Positions 10,464-21,400 of a stretch of 64,000 nucleotides of DNA are shown piece by piece; position 1 is the first letter of the stretch, and every line of letters starts with the position of its first letter. Both the position numbers and the translations under genes were made by a program. The notes under the pieces were generated by a model. That model was not told where the DNA came from. It ran no database searches and was given only the letters and a program-made list of their open reading frames with translations. The DNA is from a virus. The stretch lies in the IMG/VR virus record IMGVR_UViG_3300035670_000062, positions 49,099 to 113,098 of that record. One strand, given 5' to 3'.

Positions 10464-12382
10464 TGAGTCTAATAACTAAAAATACAAATTTAAAATCATT
10501 AGGGTTTGGTAAGGATAGACCTGGTGGTGGGAGTAGTAATCAACCATACATCAAGTCAAAACCTGAATCTCAAACTCCAAATGAGGATTTTATCCTTAGA
10601 GGAGGACTTAGAGCACCTGAAAGAGCAGCTGAAGATTTAGAAAGAATGACTAAAATGTTATTCGATTTAAAATCACCTAAAGGATTATTATTCACTGTAA
10701 AACAAAATTTATTATCTAGACTTTCCGTAGCCACTGAAGCCAGTATAGGACCTGCATATGGTAGTCCATCATTCATAAACACATCAACAAATGATTTACT
10801 ATGGACTAAATCAGCCGTAAATCAAGGTATTTACAACCCATTATCTTCCCTACTTCAAGTAAGTACAGGATATCTAGGCAACCACCTAAATACATTTGGT
10901 ATCAACCCATATTCGCCTTTAACTAACGTCATTGAAACTAATTTCTTACCTAATCTAGGATTAATTAGATATGAAGACGCAGTTAAACAAACTACTACTC
11001 TTACTAAAAGAATAAAAGTTCAAGAGTATAAACAAGACCCCAATGGAAGAAAAGATAGTTTTCTAGGAACAATTCCTTACACTATAGTTTCATCTAATAA
11101 AAGAGTACCTATAGGTGAAAATGGTCAGCAAAATAGATTAATTTATCTATATGAAAAACATACAGCAATTAAATCAGAAAACCCAACATTATTAATAGAA
11201 TATAATGGTGGTCCTGGTGCTGTTATGGGAGTAGGTAAAACTCAAATTAAATTTTCAAGGGAACAAAGAACGGGTATAAATAATTTTAATTTAACAACTA
11301 ATCCATTTTTCCTTAAGGGAGGAATTGAATCATCTCCAACTTCAAGAGAAGATGACCTTAAAACAATAAATCTATTAGGATTATCAAAACTATCAAAACA
11401 ATCAGAATTATCTGAACCCCTTGAAGAAAATTTAACCTTAGATAAATACACTGGATATAATGAAGATTTCCAAAAAATTACAATAGAACCAGAAATAAAA
11501 TCTGAACCAATAATTGTTGATTTTAGAGGATTATACCCATATAGTGATTCAAGTAAAGTAATTGAAGGAAATGATGGTTCAAGAATAAATCAAAGATCCC
11601 CAGGGAGAAAAGATGTTGAAGGTAAGACTTTAAATAAATATTCATTATCCAACAAACCAAAAGCAGTTGATAAAATAAATGCATATCCAATATATGAATC
11701 ACCACTAAGAACAAAAACAGAAACAGAAGATATTGGAAATGATTTAGTAAAATTCAGAATAGGAGTTATAAATGGTAATAAAAAAGAATATATCCATTTT
11801 AGAGCATTTATAGATTCATTTAGTGATTCATATTCAGGAAAATGGGACCCATTAAATTACATGGGAAGGGGAGAAAGTTTTTACAAATATGGTGGGTTTG
11901 AGAGAAATATAAGTCTTTCATTTACAGTAGCAGCCCAATCAAGAGCAGAATTAATACCACAATATCAAAAATTAAACTTTCTAGCTTCAACTTTAGCTCC
12001 TAATTATGGAGGTTCTGATTATATGGGAGGTCAATTAATTTCTTTGACTATGGGTGGATGGTTATATGAACAAATAGGATTTATTTCTCAAATAACTTTA
12101 GATGTTCCACAGGAATCCCCATGGGAAATAGGTATTGATGATGATGGGAATTATAGTAGAAATGAAAAAGACGAATATAATAAAACAGTTAAAGAATTAC
12201 CTCACATAGTAAAAGTTACTGGTCTCCAATTCACTCCAATCCACTCATTTAGACCTGAAAAACAAAAAATTGATTTTAACGAAAGTGGAGATATAGAATC
12301 ATATGGTGAACAAAGATTTATTGCTTTGGATGCAGGAAGGGAAGATACTAATGGTTGGAGTTATATCCCCCCAAAACCATAA
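10463..12382 (+). CDS. Baseplate/tail-tube initiator-like protein
   Basis: C-terminal FRAFIDSFSDSYSG.W....YMGRGE.FYKY.GF.R.ISLSF motif of tube-initiator-type proteins; located after the tape measure. Confidence 0.6.
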   Translation: MSLITKNTNLKSLGFGKDRPGGGSSNQPYIKSKPESQTPNEDFILRGGLRAPERAAEDLERMTKMLFDLKSPKGLLFTVKQNLLSRLSVATEASIGPAYGSPSFINTSTNDLLWTKSAVNQGIYNPLSSLLQVSTGYLGNHLNTFGINPYSPLTNVIETNFLPNLGLIRYEDAVKQTTTLTKRIKVQEYKQDPNGRKDSFLGTIPYTIVSSNKRVPIGENGQQNRLIYLYEKHTAIKSENPTLLIEYNGGPGAVMGVGKTQIKFSREQRTGINNFNLTTNPFFLKGGIESSPTSREDDLKTINLLGLSKLSKQSELSEPLEENLTLDKYTGYNEDFQKITIEPEIKSEPIIVDFRGLYPYSDSSKVIEGNDGSRINQRSPGRKDVEGKTLNKYSLSNKPKAVDKINAYPIYESPLRTKTETEDIGNDLVKFRIGVINGNKKEYIHFRAFIDSFSDSYSGKWDPLNYMGRGESFYKYGGFERNISLSFTVAAQSRAELIPQYQKLNFLASTLAPNYGGSDYMGGQLISLTMGGWLYEQIGFISQITLDVPQESPWEIGIDDDGNYSRNEKDEYNKTVKELPHIVKVTGLQFTPIHSFRPEKQKIDFNESGDIESYGEQRFIALDAGREDTNGWSYIPPKP

Positions 12383-12387
12383 AGACA

Positions 12388-12421
12388 TTTGGCTACCTCC
12401 TAATTTCTTCTTATATTTATA
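12388..12421 (+). promoter_or_regulatory. Bacteroidota-type promoter TTTG-N20-TATATTTA overlapping TATTTATA
   Basis: TTTG at 12388, TATATTTA at 12412. Confidence 0.55.
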
Positions 12422-12437
12422 ACAAATAACAAACTAA

Positions 12438-12737
12438 TTGTCTAGATACTCTCAAATACCTCAAATTAAATCCCCTAATAGGAAATTAATGTATAAAAAC
12501 ATTAAATATCCTCAAATACCAAGAAATATTAATGATATTTATGTTTACACTACTATAGGAGACAGATTTGATACTTTAGCATTACAATATTATAATGATT
12601 CTTCATTATGGTGGATTATATCAATTGCAAATGAATCATTACTTCAAGATTCTTTAATTCCCCCAATTGGGTCTCAAATTAGAATACCTACAAATTATTT
12701 AAATATTTTAGATGAATTTAATAGAATAAACATATAA
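12438..12737 (+). CDS. Baseplate wedge protein with LysM-like domain (T4 gp53-like)
   Basis: GDRFDTLALQYYNDSSLWWIISIAN...G.QIRIP; TTG start. Confidence 0.85.
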   Translation: MSRYSQIPQIKSPNRKLMYKNIKYPQIPRNINDIYVYTTIGDRFDTLALQYYNDSSLWWIISIANESLLQDSLIPPIGSQIRIPTNYLNILDEFNRINI

Positions 12738-13089
12738 AAATAAACAAATAAACATGAAAAAATCAGAACTAAGACAAATCATTAAAGAAGAAATTTCTAA
12801 AGTATTAAAAGAAGATACAAATACTGAAGTCCAAATAACTCCATATTATGATTTTTATAAAATAATTTTTCCATCAGGATTCGAAGATGAATTTTTCGAA
12901 TCTAAAGATGAAACTAAATTATTTACAGATACAATAATGGGAAACAACCATTATAATAAATTAATTGATAATTTAAAGAAGAACAATATTCCATATAAAG
13001 AAAGAAAAGCAAGATTAGATAATTCTGTTAGAATAGAAATACCTAGAACTTTATGAAATTAGATGAATTTAACAGAATAAACATATAAA
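12708..13089 (+). repeat. 31-bp direct repeat (12708-12738 / 13059-13089) flanking a leader-gene cassette
   Basis: TTAGATGAATTTAA(T/C)AGAATAAACATATAAA, one mismatch; duplicates the 3' end of the gp53-like gene. Confidence 0.9.
12754..13056 (+). CDS. Leader-bearing hypothetical protein (MKKSELRQIIKEEISKVLKE)
   Basis: Shared leader; flanked by direct repeats. Confidence 0.8.
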   Translation: MKKSELRQIIKEEISKVLKEDTNTEVQITPYYDFYKIIFPSGFEDEFFESKDETKLFTDTIMGNNHYNKLIDNLKKNNIPYKERKARLDNSVRIEIPRTL

Positions 13090-13110
13090 GCCCTAAATAG
13101 GGCTTTTTTT
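13087..13110 (+). terminator. Rho-independent terminator identical to 7796-7819
   Basis: AAAGCCCTAAATAGGGCTTTTTTT followed by TATTTATA at 13114. Confidence 0.8.
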
Positions 13111-13133
13111 ATCTATTTATAATAAAATCAGGT

Positions 13134-14252
13134 ATGGCTAATATAATAGGAGAACCTTTTAAAGATTATGTAAATAGTCAAATTGAAGCTAGACAAGAAG
13201 TTCATGGTAAAATTTCTGATAGGACTATAGATGAAATTCAATATCTTAATTCAAGAAATGCTTGGATTAAAATGGCATCTGGTATAACTATAGATAAAGA
13301 AAGATTAGGCTATTTAAAAAAATCTAACCCACTAATCACAGATTCTATGTTAGGTAAAGAGTTAGCAATGAAATACATTTTATTTAATGGAATATCGACA
13401 GTAAGTCAAACATTAATAAATGATCCTAATGATTCAACCAAACAAATCCAGCAAGGAACATTATCTCAAAAGTCTGGTTTAAGTGATAAAAACTCTTCAT
13501 ACGATTATACCTCTCAATTTAAATATTCTCCAATGCCTGGTATATTGAATGCTGATATAAGATGTATAAATAGAGGTTCAATCAAAAAAGCAACAATTAA
13601 TATTAAAGTTCATAATAAATATCAGTTAGATATAATTGATACTTTATATATGAGATTAGGATATACTGTAATGTTAGAATGGGGTTATGATAAATATTGG
13701 GATGATAAAACTAAATCATTAGAAAAAATGGGTCCATCTTTAATAGACAATGAATATTGGCAAGATATATACAACAATACTGATTATTCAAAATGGTTAC
13801 CTAAAATAGAAGAGAGAAGAAAGATATGTAGAGGAAATTATGATGGAATGATGGGTATGGTTACTAACTTTTCTTGGAATTTTAATAGTGATGGTAGTTA
13901 TGATGTTAAAATAGAAGTAATAAGTTTAGGAGATATCATAGAATCACTTAAAGTAAATTTACCTCCACTATCAACAGAAACAGACAAAAGTTTATACGCA
14001 CAATTTGCAACAAATAGTTTTGGAATATCTGCCGAAGTTCTAGAAGCATACAGAAATAGCCAAGATGAAAATTTCTTCTCTTTACTAGAAAAAAATAAGA
14101 GTAAAAACAGAATATATAATTATTTTTATAATATAAGAAAATACTACAATACTCTCCCACAATCAGATATAGAATATTATACAAATACAGGTGAAGAACG
14201 TTTCGATTATACAACCACCAAACCAATTCCTGGATTAAGTGGAGCAGGCTAA
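13134..14252 (+). CDS. Baseplate hub-like protein (N-terminal part)
   Basis: PMPGI..., LYMRLGYTVMLEWG and GNYDGM.G.V.NFSW...DGSYD motifs; position in the baseplate module. Confidence 0.55.
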   Translation: MANIIGEPFKDYVNSQIEARQEVHGKISDRTIDEIQYLNSRNAWIKMASGITIDKERLGYLKKSNPLITDSMLGKELAMKYILFNGISTVSQTLINDPNDSTKQIQQGTLSQKSGLSDKNSSYDYTSQFKYSPMPGILNADIRCINRGSIKKATINIKVHNKYQLDIIDTLYMRLGYTVMLEWGYDKYWDDKTKSLEKMGPSLIDNEYWQDIYNNTDYSKWLPKIEERRKICRGNYDGMMGMVTNFSWNFNSDGSYDVKIEVISLGDIIESLKVNLPPLSTETDKSLYAQFATNSFGISAEVLEAYRNSQDENFFSLLEKNKSKNRIYNYFYNIRKYYNTLPQSDIEYYTNTGEERFDYTTTKPIPGLSGAG

Positions 14253-14265
14253 ATAAAAAAATATA

Positions 14266-16356
14266 ATGAGTAAGAAAATAGAATTTAATATAAATAATAT
14301 AGGACTTAATGAAATAGGTAAAACATTAAATCCAACTATAGAAGATACTTCCGAGAATGTGAGGAATAATTATATGAATGAATGGAATACTAATGTTACA
14401 TACCCCATATACACTCCCGAAATTGACTCATCAGATATAATAAAACTATTTATTAAAAATGAAGAAGAAAGTTTTTTTATTAGATTAGGTACTTTATTAG
14501 GATTCATTAATGATAAAATAATTCCTAAGATAGAATCAACCTCCCAACCATTAATTACTATAGATACTGATGAAAAAACTAACATATGTTATGTTATAGA
14601 TAATATTATATCTAACGATATAAGAAAAGTAATAATAAAAAATGATAGATTTTATAATGGAACTGAAACTGAAGATTTTTTATTTACTGGGTTAAATGAT
14701 TTTATAGTAGAAGAGTATGATAGTAGTACATTATATGGTCAAATAATGAACATTTATATAAATTTTAATGAAGTGTTAACGTTATTTGATAATGTAGATG
14801 AAAAAAATGAAATTAATTTATTTGAAATTTTATCCTCTATATGTAAAATGATAAATCAATGTTTAGGAAATGTAAATAATTTAGAACCTATAATTGATGA
14901 AGAAAATATTACTGTAAAAATTATTGATCAAACACCTATTCCAAATATAGATCTAATAGTTAAAAAACTAAACCCTCAATACCTACAACCAGAAGATAAT
15001 AAAGAAGTAATATTACAATTATATGGATATAATAATAATAAATCTAACTTTATAAGAAATATAAATCTTGTTACTGAAATCTCAAAAAACTACTCAACGA
15101 TGATATCCATTGGTGCTACATCTAATGGAGCTATTCCAGGAGCTGAATCAACAGCATTTTCAAAATGGAATGTAGGACTAACAGACCGATTTAAAACTCA
15201 AATAATAGATGCCAATGCGAATACGGGCTCATTAGAAGACCAGAACTCAGTAGTAATAAATAATTATATAGATTTTATTGCTCAAACATTCCTCAAAATA
15301 GGATTAAATCAATCCCCACCATTTGAAGTAAACACAGAAGTAGTAGATACTAACACTACAGTAATAGAAAACTTTTACAAATACGCTCAAGCTCAATCTT
15401 CAAAAAATGAAGAAAATTCAATTGAAAGTTCAGTAGGATTCTTACCATTTAATTTAAAAATAGAAATGGATGGAATAGGAGGTATCAAAATATATAATAG
15501 AGTAAAAACAGACACTAGATTTCTCCCATCCAACTACCCAGATACTTTACAATTTATAATAACTGGAGTGAACCATAAGATATCAGATAATGATTGGGTA
15601 ACATCATTAGAAACAATAGCAACTATAGATAATAATCAAGGTAAAAAAAATATATCTGTAAAAGAAATATTAAAAAATTATTCTACTCAAATAGCAATTA
15701 TACAACAACGACAAGCATTAGAAGCTAGAAACCAAAGTACTCGAAGACAAGACTCTTACAACAATTCAGATTGTTCAGAAGATTCTAAAATACCACTATC
15801 AGATAATTATAATTTAGCACAACTTTCATGTAATACCGATTATGCTAAATATTCATTACCTAAAATAAAAAAAACAGGAAATTCCTATTATGATCCTTCA
15901 AGAGAAGAAATAATTCAAAATCTTACACAATTAGCAAAAAATATTTTAGAACCATTAAGAAAAAATTACCTTATAAATAATGAAAATGATATCTCAATAA
16001 CAGCAGGATATAGGAATCAAGGTAAAATAAGCCAACATGAAATAGGTCAAGCGGTAGATATCCAATTTTATTCCATAAGAAAACAATCTATATCTGACCA
16101 AAACAGATTAATGTTAGAAAGAGCTAAAGAAATTGAAAAATTATTATTTCCAAATTACGATGATTTTATATTAGAATATAAAATAATAGGTACACAACAA
16201 CCATGGATTCATATATCTTACAGAACAAACCCATCACCACGTAAGCAAAAACGGACAGCTATTACGTATGGAGACCCCCAAAAGCCTACAGTAGAATATT
16301 TTGCTGGATTTCTTAGTTTTGAGGATGCTAAAAAAAAGATGTCAAAAAATAAATAA
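14266..16356 (+). CDS. Baseplate hub protein with a C-terminal peptidase M15-type cell-wall hydrolase
   Basis: The hub-like segment ends FIITGVNHKI...W.T.LE. The C-terminus has TAGYR..SQHEIGQAVDI..WIHISY, the Zn-binding H-x6-D..H of M15. Confidence 0.75.
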   Translation: MSKKIEFNINNIGLNEIGKTLNPTIEDTSENVRNNYMNEWNTNVTYPIYTPEIDSSDIIKLFIKNEEESFFIRLGTLLGFINDKIIPKIESTSQPLITIDTDEKTNICYVIDNIISNDIRKVIIKNDRFYNGTETEDFLFTGLNDFIVEEYDSSTLYGQIMNIYINFNEVLTLFDNVDEKNEINLFEILSSICKMINQCLGNVNNLEPIIDEENITVKIIDQTPIPNIDLIVKKLNPQYLQPEDNKEVILQLYGYNNNKSNFIRNINLVTEISKNYSTMISIGATSNGAIPGAESTAFSKWNVGLTDRFKTQIIDANANTGSLEDQNSVVINNYIDFIAQTFLKIGLNQSPPFEVNTEVVDTNTTVIENFYKYAQAQSSKNEENSIESSVGFLPFNLKIEMDGIGGIKIYNRVKTDTRFLPSNYPDTLQFIITGVNHKISDNDWVTSLETIATIDNNQGKKNISVKEILKNYSTQIAIIQQRQALEARNQSTRRQDSYNNSDCSEDSKIPLSDNYNLAQLSCNTDYAKYSLPKIKKTGNSYYDPSREEIIQNLTQLAKNILEPLRKNYLINNENDISITAGYRNQGKISQHEIGQAVDIQFYSIRKQSISDQNRLMLERAKEIEKLLFPNYDDFILEYKIIGTQQPWIHISYRTNPSPRKQKRTAITYGDPQKPTVEYFAGFLSFEDAKKKMSKNK

Positions 16357-16970
16357 TGTATTATCCTAAATCCCAAATAAAAACCAGTTTATATACTAAT
16401 GGTGGAGAGTATTTTGTTAAAAGTACTAATGATGATTATGTAGGTTATTATTGGATGAATTCTAAGAATGAAACTTACGCTGGGAAAACTCCCCCACCCC
16501 CTCCAAGAAAAGGAATAAAAATAGTAAAATATACTACACCTAGAACTGTTGATTATGATGACCCTGAACCAAATATAGATCCTCAATATCAAATAATACC
16601 TCAAACTGAATTTGTTTTAGTATCAACTCCTAACTTACAAAATAATTTTAATTATCCTGTTCAAACTCAATCTAGATTTATTCCTAAACCTTATCAATCA
16701 AATCCAACAAGTGAAGATATAAATAAAGGAGAATATTTTAGATATTTTTGTAAAAAAAATAATGAGAATATTTACTTTGAAATAGATAAATCTACCCATT
16801 TTAGTTTAAATTCAAAATCTAAAACTATTGCTTTTGATTTATATTCATCAATAGAAGTAAAATGGTATATAGGTGTTAATTCCGAATCAAAAAATAAAAC
16901 AAACATTCAACTTGCTTCTACTAAATATAATTGGGCTGGTTTTATATTTTATTTTAAAGATAAATTCTAA
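16356..16970 (+). CDS. Hypothetical virion-module protein
   Basis: 204-aa ORF coupled to the upstream gene. Confidence 0.7.
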   Translation: MYYPKSQIKTSLYTNGGEYFVKSTNDDYVGYYWMNSKNETYAGKTPPPPPRKGIKIVKYTTPRTVDYDDPEPNIDPQYQIIPQTEFVLVSTPNLQNNFNYPVQTQSRFIPKPYQSNPTSEDINKGEYFRYFCKKNNENIYFEIDKSTHFSLNSKSKTIAFDLYSSIEVKWYIGVNSESKNKTNIQLASTKYNWAGFIFYFKDKF

Positions 16971-16999
16971 AAATATACGACTCGTATATTTATAATAAA

Positions 17000-18145
17000 A
17001 TGGCTGTTTATAAATTATTCCCAAGTAAGGATACAACTCTATACTCAAAATACCCTGACATGAATTCAGGTATAGACCCTATTATAGAAACTTCCAACAT
17101 TAACATAGCATTAGATGCAGAGCCTCAAATATCAAGATTCTTAATCCAATTTGACCAAGATGAAATTATAAATACTATAAATACATATGCTAATAATAGT
17201 ATTTGGAATACTACTTTGAAAGTATTTATAGCAGAAGCAGAAGGATTAGTAAGTGAATCTAATTTAGAAATTTATCCTATAGCTCAAGAATGGAAAATGG
17301 GGACAGGAACTTATTTAGATGTTCCAATCACAACAAATGGAGCATGTTGGGTATCTCCTACATTTAATGGTAGTGTAGCTTGGTCATCTAGTGGAACTGA
17401 TTCAAATGGTAATCTAATAACTAGTTCATATAATTCAAGTTATACCTCACAAGGAGGGGGAAGTTGGTTTTATGAAGATAATTCAAGTAATAGTTATAAA
17501 CTTACTCAATCTTTTGACATCAAAACATATAAAGACATTAAAATAGATGTTAAAAATATTGTAGAAAATTGGTATAGTGGTTCTCTTGAAAATAATGGAT
17601 TTATAGTAAAATGGGAAGATACAATAGAATTTAACTCATCTTCCGCTATTCAACCCATCCTTCAATTCTTCAGTTCAGATACAAATACTATATATCCCCC
17701 TCAATTAGAAATAAAGTGGGATGATTATTCAAGTGTATTAAACTTAATCCCAACATCTTCTATCCTAACAGATCCCACAAACATATTAATATCAGTAACA
17801 AATAATATAGGTACATTTAAATTAGATAGTGTTAATAAATTTAGATTAAATATAGCTCCTAAATATCCAATTAAGACTTGGAGTACTGAATCTATTTTTG
17901 TATCTACTAATTATCTACCATCATCATCATTTTATGCTGTTAAAGATTTAGATACTAATGAAATGATTATTGATTTTGATGATATTTATACTAAAATAAG
18001 TTCTGATTCAAATGGTAATTTCTTTACATTATATATGAATGGCCTCCAACCAGAAAGATATTACAAAATATTAATTAAAACTATAATGGATGGTACTACA
18101 TTAATAATAGATGACAATTATTACTTTAAAATAATAAATGGATAA
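17000..18145 (+). CDS. Putative virion structural protein (DNRLRE-like beta-sandwich)
   Basis: KDTTLYS..P..N.G, SRFLIQFD, NNGFIVK and FFSSDT..YPPQLEIKWDD pattern. Confidence 0.55.
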   Translation: MAVYKLFPSKDTTLYSKYPDMNSGIDPIIETSNINIALDAEPQISRFLIQFDQDEIINTINTYANNSIWNTTLKVFIAEAEGLVSESNLEIYPIAQEWKMGTGTYLDVPITTNGACWVSPTFNGSVAWSSSGTDSNGNLITSSYNSSYTSQGGGSWFYEDNSSNSYKLTQSFDIKTYKDIKIDVKNIVENWYSGSLENNGFIVKWEDTIEFNSSSAIQPILQFFSSDTNTIYPPQLEIKWDDYSSVLNLIPTSSILTDPTNILISVTNNIGTFKLDSVNKFRLNIAPKYPIKTWSTESIFVSTNYLPSSSFYAVKDLDTNEMIIDFDDIYTKISSDSNGNFFTLYMNGLQPERYYKILIKTIMDGTTLIIDDNYYFKIING

Positions 18146-18488
18146 TATGGATGAAAGTATTAAAATGAATAAAACAGTTTTTAATAAAGTAAATTATTTA
18201 AAAACAATTGATACTTCTATAAGACAATTAGGTGTTAAAACTATTCAAGAACAAATAGAAGAACAACCAACAACAGAGGATTTTTTTAATTTATATCAAA
18301 AATTATTTTATGACATACCAGAAAGAGGAGAATTTAATTCTCATGAATTTTTAATAAAATCTAGTAGTGAATATATTAATTTTGATGAAATAGATCAACA
18401 AATATTATTATTACAAGATGAAATTTCTCAATTAAGATTAGAATTATTACAAACACAAAAAGACTTAGCAGAAGCTAAAACTCAATAA
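18138..18488 (+). CDS. Hypothetical protein with a C-terminal coiled coil
   Basis: 116-aa ORF overlapping both neighbours. Confidence 0.7.
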   Translation: MDNMDESIKMNKTVFNKVNYLKTIDTSIRQLGVKTIQEQIEEQPTTEDFFNLYQKLFYDIPERGEFNSHEFLIKSSSEYINFDEIDQQILLLQDEISQLRLELLQTQKDLAEAKTQ

Positions 18489-21400
18489 TGACTACAATAA
18501 CAAAACTTGATCCTTCTAATTTACTAATTCAAGAATATAGTTCTAATGATACTAATTTAATCAATAATTTTGATTTAGATTTTTCATTATCTCCTTCAAG
18601 TTACATTGAATTATCAATATTCAATTCAAACAATGAAATATTATTAACTAATTATAATTATAATTTATATAAAGTAATAAATGATGGTCAATCATCCCTT
18701 ACTAACAATATATCACAAATCCAAATAAACCCAGAAAATGACTTAGCTTTATATTCATATGAACAGGGTGAATTTATTACATTTTATAATTTCCTAGAAA
18801 AAAAAATAGGAGCTCCATTTGAAACATTATATATAGAAGAGATTTCATCTGACAGAACAGAAGTAAGAATAAATACTACTTCATTAGAATTAGAAACATT
18901 TCTTTCTCAATCTCAAAAATTTATAGATGAAAGAGAAAATAGTACATATTTTACTGATTTTTATTTAAATTTAGGTTCAAATATCTTATTAATATGTAAT
19001 AATATTATAATAGATAACGATTCAATCATAGTTAAACTATACGAACCTCTACCTATATCAGTTAATATAAAACGAGAATTATGGATAGTCACATCAATCA
19101 ATGAACCAGAAGTTTACTTAGTTAATTTTCCTTTTACTCCCATTGAAATACAAGATTTTACTTTTTTAAATGGTCCTAACTTTAATATTCCTATAAAAGA
19201 CCAAATAAATAATTCATCTCCTTTACAATCATATACTGATATTACATTATCTTCAATATCTTCTTCTACTAATCAATTAAATTCATTATTAACATCTCAA
19301 TCAATTGAAATAAACGTTGATTATTCTGATTTTAATGATTTTATTCATTTTAGTTCAATTGAAACTAGATTAAGAAATTTTAAAAGTAAAGTAGAATTAA
19401 TAGAAAATTATTCTTCTTCAATAAATTTAGTTCAATCTACTACTAGTTCTTTAAGTACTATAAATATACTTCAAAATAATATATCTGAAATAATTAATAC
19501 TTTTGATAATTATGAGTATTTTTTATATTATGATAGTGGTTCTACTTCTTCTTGGCCTAAGACTACAACAACTCTCCCATACGAATTAGCAAAATCAAAT
19601 TCTGTTCAATTACAAACTTGGTTTGGTAATATTGATGAGAATTCACCATACTATGGAGGAATTATATTATCAGCTTCATTTTACGATAATGAAAATAAAG
19701 ACCAATTATTAAAATCTATACCTGAATATTTAAGAGAAGATCCAAATAATAAACCATATGAACTATTCATAGATATGATAGCTCAACATTATGATAATAT
19801 ATGGTTATACACTAAAGATATTACTCAAAAATACAATAATGATAATAGATTAGATTTTGGTATATCTAAAGATGTAGTAGCAGAAGCAATTAAAGATTTT
19901 GGTATAAAAATATATCAAAATAATTTTTCAACTAATGATTTATATACTGCATTTTTGGGAATTACTCCTAGTGGTTCATTATTTCCCTTCCCAAACATAA
20001 CTCCAACTCTTCCAGCACTTACAGGAGAAGAATATATAGATTCATTTATATCTGCATCTAATGACATAATCCCTTTAGATGATGTTAATAAATCATTATA
20101 TAAAAGAATATATCATAACATCCCATACCTATTAAATTCAAAAGGAACAATAGCAGGATTACGAGCATTAATAACTACGTATGGCATCCCAGATACAATA
20201 CTTAAAATCAATGAATTTGGTGGGAAAGATAAAGTAAATGAAAACGATTGGGATTTATATTTTAATAAATTTAATTATTCATATTATACTCAAGGTAATA
20301 ATAACATTATAACGAATTGGGGAATAAATCCCCAAGCTACAATATCTTACCCTTACCCTGGCACTGTGGCTTTCAGATTTAAAGCTGGAGACATACCAAC
20401 AACTTCTTCCCAACAAGTATTATGGATGACTTCAGATTCATCTGGAACTACAATATCTAAAACTTTAATATTAGAATATACAGGTTCTGGTATGACAAGT
20501 GGATCCTATTCAGGTTCAATAGTAGATCCATACAATGAATATGGAACATTAAAATACATCATAGATCCAGATACAGTAAATGAAACTTCATGTAGTATAT
20601 ATTTACCATTTTTTAATGATGGTTGGTGGAGTGTTATGGTTAGACAAGATGGATTTGATACTGATATTGAATATCTAATCACTGAAGATGGAGATTTTAT
20701 ATTAACTGAAAATGGAGATTATGTTATAAATAATAATCACATAACTCCCCCAACATTAGGAACAGCAAGTTTATATGTAGGAAATAATATTTACAATGGT
20801 TTAGATGGAACTGGAATAGGATTTATTGCTTCATCATCATTAAATGACCCAACAATATCAGGAAGTTGGTTTACAGGTGATGTTTCATATTTTACTAATG
20901 GGTTTATATATAATTCAAATCTTATTCCTTCATTTGTAGGTGAATTACAAGAAATAAGATATTACAATATTCCCTTAGGTAATTCGAGGTTTTATGATTT
21001 CGTAATGAATCCATTGTCTATAGAAGGAAATTCTATAAACAGCTCTCCCGAACATTTAGTATTTAGAGCATCATTAGGGAGTGAATTAGATTTAATTACT
21101 ACTCAAACAGGTTCATCAATTCATCCTAAAATATCTTACACTACACCAGTAAACTCATTTACAAATAATAGCGAATATTACTTTGGTAAAGTTCCTACAT
21201 TTAATAAAAATTATGAAACATATTTCCTAGACCAATTCCCAACTGGATTAAAAAATAGAATATCAGACAAAATAAGAATAGTAAACAATAATATTCCATC
21301 AGGTAGTACTTTATCATCTATAACTAATATAAATCAAACAAAAAACCAACCATATACAAAAAATAGTAACCATTTAGAAGTAACATTTTCTCCTCAAAAT

